Assembly (NCBI GenBank): GCA_044229845.1
Contig: JBGASG010000001.1
Span: 736,001-800,000, forward strand
Length of the DNA: 64,000 bases
Source: Candidatus Obscuribacteraceae bacterium
Lineage (GTDB): Bacteria > Cyanobacteriota > Vampirovibrionia > Obscuribacterales > Obscuribacteraceae
Direction of reading: 5' to 3'
In this document: positions 9,119-17,216 of the stretch, piece by piece
How positions within the stretch are numbered: position 1 is the stretch's first letter
How the letters are laid out: each line of letters starts with the position of its first letter
Translations under genes and position numbers: made by a program
Notes under the pieces: model-generated
What the model saw: the letters and a program-made list of their open reading frames with translations, nothing else
Databases searched by the model: none
What the model was told of the DNA's origin: nothing

Positions 9119-9445
9119 TTATGCAGTCGTGTGATTCTTCAAGACTTCTTCAGCAGCTTTGGGATTCTTCAGCGATGCGCTGAGAAACTCATAGACACCC
9201 GGATCCATGAAAGCTTGCATGTTCGTCAGGGCTTGCGCATGGGCATCGCCATTGAATGGTTTGTTGCCTTCGGCCCAGGCTTGCGCAAATTTCAACCCTT
9301 GTGCAGGGTCGCCTACGACGGCACCGTCTGCGCCGGCTTGTGCGACGTTGTCAGTACCTCTCCAGGCAGCTTGAGCTGCGCCCTGAAGACCTTCGTTCTG
9401 AACGTCTTTTTTCCCTGGTACTTCTTGCGGAATGTCCTTACCCAT
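9119..9445 (-). CDS. Hypothetical protein, paralog of 8748..9113
   Basis: Same similarity; 5-bp gap to the downstream paralog. Confidence 0.75.
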   Translation of the reverse strand: MGKDIPQEVPGKKDVQNEGLQGAAQAAWRGTDNVAQAGADGAVVGDPAQGLKFAQAWAEGNKPFNGDAHAQALTNMQAFMDPGVYEFLSASLKNPKAAEEVLKNHTTA

Positions 9446-9642
9446 AACTAACCCTGGTTACTCCTGCCAATTCCATATTTTTAGTAACAACAGCGCCGTT
9501 TGTGCGCTCATTTACGACATTACGCTGTGTGACGTGATCTGTCCATGTGGTTTCTACGTAGTCAACATGAAATGCCGCAAACCAAGTATGCCTGTGCCGT
9601 TCCGGTGTCAAGCTTCATGTTGTTTTCCCCCCTCAAACAGGC

Positions 9643-10266
9643 TCAAAGGTGGAGCGCAGCCTTCAAGACCATCATCACAGTGGCGATGCCGGTCGCGACG
9701 CCGGCAAGAATGCCTGAAACGATGCACAGACCTGCCGTTTTGACGTCGTCCAGCTTGAGGACTTGTTTGAGTCCGACAAACTGCAAGAACAAGCCGTAGA
9801 GCCCCAGCAGGAACCCGACGTAGGGCACCCAGACGGCCGCCACGACCACGCCGGCGTAGCAGTAAACCCGCGCCACCGCCTCAAATGAGGGTTTTTTCGC
9901 TCCCATGGCGGTTGAGAGTCCGGTCGCCAGTCCGGCGGCGGCGAAAAGTCCGATCAGCGGACAGACAGCTGCAATCACCAGCGACAAGAAACTGAAGCTG
10001 AAGATGCCGGTCAAGAGGGCATTGGCAACCAGTCCGACAGCGAAGAAGGTCACAGGTTCTTTCAATCCGCCGCTGGTCGGCATCTGGGAAAAGAAGACCC
10101 GTGGGCTGAGGACGATCAGCTTGGCTGTCTCTATATAAGTCTTGAAGAACTCAGAGGCGTCGAATCCCTGAGTGAGGCTGCCGGTCGATGAGGTGACCCC
10201 AGCCGGAGGCGAGGTTTGCCCAGTTCCGCTGTCGTCCGTTTCGCCGGGTGTGGATTGGTCTTGCAT
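9643..10266 (-). CDS. YIP1-family membrane protein
   Basis: VLSPRVFF motif plus about five TM helices. The ATG overlaps the upstream stop (TAATG). Confidence 0.8.
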   Translation of the reverse strand: MQDQSTPGETDDSGTGQTSPPAGVTSSTGSLTQGFDASEFFKTYIETAKLIVLSPRVFFSQMPTSGGLKEPVTFFAVGLVANALLTGIFSFSFLSLVIAAVCPLIGLFAAAGLATGLSTAMGAKKPSFEAVARVYCYAGVVVAAVWVPYVGFLLGLYGLFLQFVGLKQVLKLDDVKTAGLCIVSGILAGVATGIATVMMVLKAALHL

Positions 10267-11612
10267 TAGTTTCCCCCAGCGCTGCCGCGCGTCACGTTCC
10301 AATCGAACTGATACTTAATATCTACAGATCTAGGAGCACCTTTAGGAAGAGGATCTAAAGGAGAAGCCGCTTTCAGCGCATCGAGTGCTGTCTTGTCGAC
10401 ATCCGCCTGCCCGGAACTCTGGACGATCTGCGGACTGACTATCGAGCCGTCGCTCTTAATTGTGAAAACTACGCCGACTTTGCGATTCTCCAACCCTTTG
10501 GGAGGCTGCCACTTCTGTTGGATGGCACCCTTCATCTTCGCAATGTAGGGACGCATGTCGAGACTGTGGTCGATTTTGTCGTCGTCATCTTCATCTTCGT
10601 CGTCGTGGGTCTGCGGCACCGCGGGTTTCGCTCCCGGTCCCGGAATCACCATGGTTTGACCGCCGGCACGCGGCATCACCAGGTCAGGACGCGTCAATCC
10701 CAGTTGATCGACTGGGTGTCCAAAGCCTATATTGGCGACGGAGTTGGCGCCGGCTCTGGTCTCGATGCCGATGGTGGGCAGCATGTCGTCGGTGAGGTGC
10801 GAGGCTGGCACGAAGACGGCTTTCTGCGTCTTGTGCAGCGTCGCTTTGACTTGATTGCCGACGCTGTCTCTGATGTGTCCGGCCAGACTGACCAGAGGAA
10901 TCAATCCTCCACCCGCCTTCAAGCCCTCCATCAACTTGCTGGCAAAGTACGAATTTTGCACGATCGCATCTTCGTAAGACTGTCCGCCGATGCCTGATGC
11001 CGCGAACACCGATACACCCATATTACTGAGCGCCGTCAGAGTCGAATCATCTATGCTCGGCGATGTGCCACCATAACTGGTGTCGAGCATGAGCACGACA
11101 TAACTGGCTTGCGTTCGTTGTTTGAGCTGCTTGCAAAATGCCACCAGCGGCACGCCGGTTGCCGGGTCGGTAGACATGCTGTCTCGCAGGCAGAGAAACG
11201 CTTCCTTGCTCTTCGGATCATCGGCCACATGAGACGCGGCGTAGATCACGATCATGTCGCCTGGCAGTGCTTTTTTGTACAGCCAGGTGTCTACCAGCTC
11301 GTTGAATTTAGCGCGACTGGCGCCACCACCGGTGATGCTCTGCACATGGTCGGGAGGGAAGCGCCCGATGGTTGGATCGATCAGCATGCGGGAGAGATCG
11401 ACAACGTTCTTCTCGGCATACTTGAGCGGCGGCAAGATAGGATCTTTATAGCGGTTGACACCGATCAACACTGCCCATTTGTCGCGCACTGCGATCGGTT
11501 TGACGGCCTGAGCGCCCGGTTTTGCGCCGGCAGCATTCGCGGCCGACACCGGCCGAGGCGCCATCGACAGACTGACGGCGACGGCTGCAACTAAAGGAAG
11601 AATCTGACGCAT
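10266..11612 (-). CDS. Exported caspase-like (C14) domain fused to TonB/TolA C-terminal domain
   Basis: Signal peptide; KWAVLIGVNRY...LKYAEK caspase start; C-terminal IQQKWQPP...FTIKSDG...SSG...DKTALDAL..ASPL.PLP. Confidence 0.8.
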   Translation of the reverse strand: MRQILPLVAAVAVSLSMAPRPVSAANAAGAKPGAQAVKPIAVRDKWAVLIGVNRYKDPILPPLKYAEKNVVDLSRMLIDPTIGRFPPDHVQSITGGGASRAKFNELVDTWLYKKALPGDMIVIYAASHVADDPKSKEAFLCLRDSMSTDPATGVPLVAFCKQLKQRTQASYVVLMLDTSYGGTSPSIDDSTLTALSNMGVSVFAASGIGGQSYEDAIVQNSYFASKLMEGLKAGGGLIPLVSLAGHIRDSVGNQVKATLHKTQKAVFVPASHLTDDMLPTIGIETRAGANSVANIGFGHPVDQLGLTRPDLVMPRAGGQTMVIPGPGAKPAVPQTHDDEDEDDDDKIDHSLDMRPYIAKMKGAIQQKWQPPKGLENRKVGVVFTIKSDGSIVSPQIVQSSGQADVDKTALDALKAASPLDPLPKGAPRSVDIKYQFDWNVTRGSAGGN

Positions 11613-11652
11613 CTGCTTGGGAAAACCAGTCGATATCACCCGGGACCACCCC

Positions 11653-13692
11653 TCAGTAATTATTCATTGAATAGTACGGCAAATTGTTTGTCTCTACCGA
11701 CAGTATTAATTCTCGCGCTTGAGAACTGGCTGGCAGGTCGGCACTGCCTAGATGGCGGGCGATTGCGCGCGGCAACTGGAAAAGATCAAACACCAGTCGC
11801 TCCAGCGCGTTCTCCAGCTGGTGGCGCAGTTCGCCGCCAGTCTGGGTGCTCTGCAGTGCTTTACCGGCGCGCGAGAGCAAAGGTGCCTCGCCCTGCAGAG
11901 AAGGCAAAGGCATGGACTCGACCATGTCGATATCGATCTGAGCCAGCGCTCGATCTTTTTCGCGGCTGCGCAACCGGTACACATAAGAAAAGAAACGCGA
12001 GTTGAGTACTGCGGCATAGGCATCCAGCCCTTCTACGCTGCCGGCTCGGGGAGCGAAGCTGTGGATATTGTTGAGGTGGTAGAACGACTCGCGATCGCAG
12101 GCACTGATGATACGGTCTGACGTCTGCCTCAAAAGTAGTTTTGGTTGCTCGACGACAGCCGGATCAAACCCGCCGGGAAACAGCAGGTCGCGCTGCACAT
12201 TCAGCCAGTGTCCCTGCCAGGTGGTCTGAAACGGCAGCACCTGCGCACCGGAGACCAGCCCACGTTTGTACTGCCCCGCCAACTGCTCTGCCGAAACGAT
12301 GGTTTTTTGTCCGCGCCGGCTGCGGATACCGGTGTGTCCGCGGAGAACTTCGCGCAGAAGGGGAAACTGGTTGAGGTGGCGAATCAACTCAGTATCCTCG
12401 TCGCTGTTCAACACGTTGAAACGCAGGCAGTCTTGCGACACGAAGACATCGAAAGGAATGTCGGTTTCATCAATCGGATTGCCGCCGGTTTCAACGCGAG
12501 CGACTCGCACGGCGCCTTCTTGAGCTGCTGCCGCCGATTTCTTCCGGTAGTGAGCGACGCACCAGTTGCCCACGGTAGCATCACTTATGGTGTCGCTGGG
12601 TAATTCTGCGATCTGCACAATGTGGGCGGTCGAGGTGATCATGCGGCGCAGCTTTTTATAGAAACTGCCGGTCAGAAAAGCATCCGGAAGCAGCAGCAAA
12701 ACTTGTCCGCCGGGCTTCGTCCAGCGCAGGCAGACATCCTGAAAAACTGAATGCAACCGAATCTTATATTCGGAGCTTTGCGGGTAGAGCGCGCGCAGCA
12801 GTGCTGCCTGGGAAGAAACGATTTTCGACTGTCCGCGCGAGCCATAACTTACATACGGCGGATTGGTTGCCACCACATCGAATTCGGGAGCAGGATAAGT
12901 GAGAGTCTGATCTGCGACTTTGATGTTCTCGGTCAGAGACTTCGCCAGTCGCCGCAAGTCAGAGCGATGACAGTCCTGAAACTTTACGCCCCAGGTTGCT
13001 GCTGCGGCAAGAAACAGCGACAGCCTACATAAACCGACGGCGCGCGCATCGATGTCGCGTCCGAACAGCTGTTGCTCGACAAACTCCCGAGCCTGTTTAC
13101 CTGTGAATCGAGACTCAGCCAGAGCGCCGAGCAGGAAATTGCCGGAGCCGCACGAAGGATCGAGAATCCTATCCGTTTGCCAGATGCAGGCAGCCTGACG
13201 AAAACAATAAGTCACCACCCACGGTGGAGTGTAAAACTCAGCTGTTGTGCTGCGTTCTTTGGAGAAACGAACTTCGGGTTGGCCGGTTGCGTTTCTCGAC
13301 AAAGGCGCGCGCAGCATGTGCTGGTACACCTCGCCGATCAATTCCAATCCGGTCGAAGCCGACCAGGATTTTTCCAAAAGCGCGAACCCGAAGTCGCGCA
13401 GTGCCAGATCGCGCTCGCTATCCAGATGACTGTGCAGCGGATATACCTCAGCCGAAAAGTAATCGGACTCCAGGTTTGTAATTTGGCTGCGATGGGCCGG
13501 TTGCATATCGCTTGCGCATGGAGAAAAACCACATCTGGTGGCTAACCAGTTGACCAGAATGCGCAGAGTATATTGCTCGGATAATTCGATGACCTGCTCT
13601 TCTTCGAGATATCCAACGTTGCGGAATATTTCCTGAGCGCACTGCAGCCGATAATGTTTGATTGCCTGATTCAACTGCGCGCGTGTTTGCAT
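11653..13692 (-). CDS. N6-adenine DNA methyltransferase (TaqI/Eco57I-like, gamma class) with C-terminal specificity domain
   Basis: FYTP, ILDPSCGSGNFL, NPPY, and PKLLLRQT...AVLNS motifs. Confidence 0.85.
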   Translation of the reverse strand: MQTRAQLNQAIKHYRLQCAQEIFRNVGYLEEEQVIELSEQYTLRILVNWLATRCGFSPCASDMQPAHRSQITNLESDYFSAEVYPLHSHLDSERDLALRDFGFALLEKSWSASTGLELIGEVYQHMLRAPLSRNATGQPEVRFSKERSTTAEFYTPPWVVTYCFRQAACIWQTDRILDPSCGSGNFLLGALAESRFTGKQAREFVEQQLFGRDIDARAVGLCRLSLFLAAAATWGVKFQDCHRSDLRRLAKSLTENIKVADQTLTYPAPEFDVVATNPPYVSYGSRGQSKIVSSQAALLRALYPQSSEYKIRLHSVFQDVCLRWTKPGGQVLLLLPDAFLTGSFYKKLRRMITSTAHIVQIAELPSDTISDATVGNWCVAHYRKKSAAAAQEGAVRVARVETGGNPIDETDIPFDVFVSQDCLRFNVLNSDEDTELIRHLNQFPLLREVLRGHTGIRSRRGQKTIVSAEQLAGQYKRGLVSGAQVLPFQTTWQGHWLNVQRDLLFPGGFDPAVVEQPKLLLRQTSDRIISACDRESFYHLNNIHSFAPRAGSVEGLDAYAAVLNSRFFSYVYRLRSREKDRALAQIDIDMVESMPLPSLQGEAPLLSRAGKALQSTQTGGELRHQLENALERLVFDLFQLPRAIARHLGSADLPASSQARELILSVETNNLPYYSMNNY

Positions 13693-13905
13693 AATGCCGT
13701 ATATGGTGGCATTGAACCGAGCGCAACGCAAGATCAAGTATCTGCAGCGATGCCAGGCAGTTAAATAATCTACAGCTTGTAGGCTGTCTGTAGAAAACTG
13801 GTGGTTGCAAAGTCAGGACGGTTGGTCCGACAGTTCTCTTCCACGTCTGAAAGTGCTATCCTGCTTGCCGTTTACTTTTTTACTCTCAGTTGACAGGATA
13901 CGCTG

Positions 13906-14745
13906 TTGTCAGGACGTCTCTTTGTTGTTGCGACACCGATCGGTAATCTGCAGGATATAAGTCAGCGTGTAAAAGATGCACTGGCGGAATCGTCGGTGAT
14001 ATTCGCCGAAGATACGCGCGTCTCAATCAACCTGCTCAGCCATCTAGGGCTGCAGAAAAAACTTATTAGCTGTCACAACTTCAATGAGGCAAACCGCGCC
14101 GAAAGCCTTGAGAAGTACGCCGCCGAAGGAGCGACTGTGTCGCTGGTCTCCGATGCCGGCACACCACTGGTATCTGACCCGGGATATCAGATAGTCAAAG
14201 AAGCTTTGCGCCTCGGTATGAAAGTCATTCCAATTCCCGGTCCCAGTGCCGTTCTCGTCGCCCTGGTCGGTAGCGGACTTCCCTGTGAGCGCTTCGTGTT
14301 CGAGGGTTTCTTGCCTGATGTTCGCGGCGACCGAACTAAGCGACTGCAGAAATTAAAGGAGGAAGAGCGCACCATGGTGCTGTTTGTTTCTCCCCACAAT
14401 ATAAAGAAGCTGATCCCTGAATGTCTGGAAGCTTTCGGTGCGGAACGACCTGCTTGTCTGGCGCGCGAACTCACCAAGTTTTACGAGGAGTTTGTGCGCG
14501 GTACGCTGGGCGGCATCCTCGAGCATGTGCAGACTCACGAAGTCAAAGGCGAATGCGTCTTGATCATAGGTGGTGCCCCTGAGGGCACAGTCAGTCGTTG
14601 GACCACCGAGCAGGTGACCGAGCGCGTGCATGAGTTGTTGGCTGCCGGTGGGCGCCTGAAAGATGTTTCTTCCCTGGTGGCAAAATCCAGCGGATGGAGC
14701 GCATCAGATATCTACAAGATAGGTCTTAAGATGGCGCGTCACTGA
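13906..14745 (+). CDS. rsmI: 16S rRNA C1402 2'-O-methyltransferase
   Basis: VATPIGNL, AEDTR, SDAGTPLVSDPG and RELTK motifs. Confidence 0.96.
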   Translation: MSGRLFVVATPIGNLQDISQRVKDALAESSVIFAEDTRVSINLLSHLGLQKKLISCHNFNEANRAESLEKYAAEGATVSLVSDAGTPLVSDPGYQIVKEALRLGMKVIPIPGPSAVLVALVGSGLPCERFVFEGFLPDVRGDRTKRLQKLKEEERTMVLFVSPHNIKKLIPECLEAFGAERPACLARELTKFYEEFVRGTLGGILEHVQTHEVKGECVLIIGGAPEGTVSRWTTEQVTERVHELLAAGGRLKDVSSLVAKSSGWSASDIYKIGLKMARH

Positions 14746-14820
14746 GTTTCATGCAAATGCGCAACTCGATGCGATAATCGCTTTGAAGATCTGCGTTGAG
14801 TTCAAGGTAACCATATATAA

Positions 14821-15678
14821 ATGATGCAAGCGCAACCGATGAGTTTGGTCGAAGCCCTTGTGCTGGGCACCGTCCAGGGATTGACTGAGTTTCTCCCGAT
14901 CAGCAGCACGGCTCACTTGCGAGTGGTGCCGGCGTTGGTCGGTTGGAGTGATCCTGGTGTCGCGTACTCTGCAGTGATTCAACTCGGCTCCGTGGTGGCA
15001 TTGCTGGCGTATTTCTGGAAAGACATCTGGCAACTGGCGACGGGCGCCATCGGTGCGCTCATGAAGCGCGACTTCACCAATCTCTATTTCCGCCAGAGCG
15101 TGGCGATCGTTGTTGCTACTCTCCCTATCGGCGTGCTCGGTCTGGCCCTCAAGCACGTGCTGGAAGCAGAGGGCGGACCGCTGCGCTCTCTGGTTGTGAT
15201 TGGCAGTGCATCGGTGGTGATGAGCATTCTGTTGTTTCTTGCCGAGAAGATCAGCAAGAAAGAGCGCGACATGTCGCAATTAGGGATCAAAGATGGATTA
15301 CTGATTGGGTTGGGTCAAGCGATGGCTTTGATTCCCGGCTGCTCGCGCAGCGGTTCCACTTTGACTACCGCGCTGTTCCTCAACATCAAGCGCGATGATG
15401 CGGCGCGATTCTCGTTTCTTCTCGGCATTCCGGCTGTGCTTCTCTCGGGACTGCTTGAGCTGAAAGAGTTATACGAGTTGGGCAAAGCCGGGCAACTGCC
15501 CACCGATTCGACGACCAGCGTTTTGGTGGGATTTGTGGTTGCGACCATCGTCAGTTACGCCGCAATCTGGTGGCTGATCAAGTATTTGAAGAATCACTCC
15601 ACCATGGTGTTTGTGATTTACCGCCTGGTCTTCGGAGTTGCTGTCCTGGGACTGGCGCTGTCCAACACAATCCACTGA
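14821..15678 (+). CDS. uppP: Undecaprenyl-diphosphatase (BacA)
   Basis: QGLTEFLPISSTAH, PGCSRSGST and RFSFLL motifs. Confidence 0.96.
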   Translation: MMQAQPMSLVEALVLGTVQGLTEFLPISSTAHLRVVPALVGWSDPGVAYSAVIQLGSVVALLAYFWKDIWQLATGAIGALMKRDFTNLYFRQSVAIVVATLPIGVLGLALKHVLEAEGGPLRSLVVIGSASVVMSILLFLAEKISKKERDMSQLGIKDGLLIGLGQAMALIPGCSRSGSTLTTALFLNIKRDDAARFSFLLGIPAVLLSGLLELKELYELGKAGQLPTDSTTSVLVGFVVATIVSYAAIWWLIKYLKNHSTMVFVIYRLVFGVAVLGLALSNTIH

Positions 15679-15696
15679 GGAAGCCCGCCTATACGT

Positions 15697-15722
15697 CGAG
15701 GAGTTGCCGAAGCAACTCCTCG
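15697..15722. terminator. Perfect hairpin between convergent genes
   Basis: CGAGGAGTTGC-CGAA-GCAACTCCTCG, an 11-bp stem. Confidence 0.65.
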
Positions 15723-15749
15723 CAGATACTCAAGATTGAGGCAGAAACG

Positions 15750-17180
15750 CTAGCGAGCTAGCGCTCCTGCCGGTTCGCCCTTCATGAGCGCGAGCGAGAC
15801 CTTGTTGAGTTTTTCAATCGCGACCGGCAGATCGAGCGTTTGCATCTGCCCGTCTTTGACGATCACTCGTCCTTCGACGACTGTGTAGTTGGCATTCTGT
15901 GGTGTGCAGAACAAGAGCGATGCAACCGGATCTTCCATGCTGCCGCCGGCGAAGCTGACGGTGTTGGTGATCACCGAGAAGAAGTCAGCGCGTTTGCCTA
16001 CCTCCAGCGAGCCGATGTCGTCGCGGCCCAGAACTGCGGCACCGCCGAGAGTGGCGATCTCGAGGACCTCGCGAGCCGAAATCCATTCTTTCGACTCTTC
16101 GGGCGGGCCACCAGGATTGGTGCTCAGCAACAGGCGAGCCAGCAGCATCGCCTGACGAGCTTCACCCAACATGTGCGAGCAGTCGTTGCTGGATGAGCCA
16201 TCGACGCCCAGTCCGACTTTGACGCCGCCGTCGCGCGCTTTCTTGATCGGGCACATGCCCGATGCCAGGCGCATATTGGACGAGGGGCAGTGAGCAATGC
16301 CGGAACCGGTTTTGGCGAATTTCTTCACTTCGTCATCGTTGATGTGCACAGAGTGTGCGAACCAGACATCTTCGCCGACCCACCCGAACTTCTCCATCAA
16401 TGCAACCGGACGCAGGTTATACGTCTTCAAGGTGTAGCGCTCTTCGTCAAGCGATTCGGCCAGGTGCGTGTGCAGTCCGCATTTATGTTTGCGGGCCAAC
16501 TTGGCTGACTCGACCATCAAATCCTCGGTGACGGAAAACGGCGAGCACGGTGCCAGAACAATCCGGGTCATGGCGCCCGGTTTCATGTCGTGATACTTGT
16601 CTATGACACGCTGGCAGTCGTCCAGAATGGCTGATTCTGTTTCGACGCAACTGTCCGGCGGCAGACCGCCTTTCGATTGCCCGAGCGACATGCTGCCGCG
16701 CGAGGCGTGGAAGCGCATGCCGATTTCTTTGCCGACTTCGATGGCGTTGTCGATTTTGCAACCGTTCGGGAAAACATATTGATGGTCGAACAAAGTGGTG
16801 CACCCGGAGAGCGCCATTTCCGCCATGCCTACTTGCGTAGCCAGACGCTCCGACTCAGGAGTCATGCGCGCCCACATCATGTACAGCACTTTCAGCCAGT
16901 TCCAGACGTTGCCGTTCTGCGCTCCGGGAGCTACTCGCGTCAGGTGCTGGTAGAGGTGATGGTGAGTGTTGACCAGCCCGGGCAAAACCAGTTGCCCTTT
17001 CATGTCGATGACGATGTCGGCGGTCTGAGGTAGTTTGTCGGTGGTGTCAACCTGCTTGATTACGCCGCCTTCGATGAACATGCCACCATCTTTGATTTCG
17101 CGGCGGGCCTTGTCCATCGTCACGAGAATTGCGGCGTTCTTCACCAACATCGTTTTGCCACTCTGGTCGGGTTGCGTCAT
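15750..17180 (-). CDS. 8-oxoguanine deaminase-like amidohydrolase
   Basis: PGLVNTHHHLYQ, RGSMSLG, APCSPFSV, HTHLAE, HCPSSNMRLASG and GVDGS motifs. Confidence 0.88.
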   Translation of the reverse strand: MTQPDQSGKTMLVKNAAILVTMDKARREIKDGGMFIEGGVIKQVDTTDKLPQTADIVIDMKGQLVLPGLVNTHHHLYQHLTRVAPGAQNGNVWNWLKVLYMMWARMTPESERLATQVGMAEMALSGCTTLFDHQYVFPNGCKIDNAIEVGKEIGMRFHASRGSMSLGQSKGGLPPDSCVETESAILDDCQRVIDKYHDMKPGAMTRIVLAPCSPFSVTEDLMVESAKLARKHKCGLHTHLAESLDEERYTLKTYNLRPVALMEKFGWVGEDVWFAHSVHINDDEVKKFAKTGSGIAHCPSSNMRLASGMCPIKKARDGGVKVGLGVDGSSSNDCSHMLGEARQAMLLARLLLSTNPGGPPEESKEWISAREVLEIATLGGAAVLGRDDIGSLEVGKRADFFSVITNTVSFAGGSMEDPVASLLFCTPQNANYTVVEGRVIVKDGQMQTLDLPVAIEKLNKVSLALMKGEPAGALAR

Positions 17181-17216
17181 TGATGCTCTCCTTATAGTGC
17201 AGATCTCGGGGGGATA

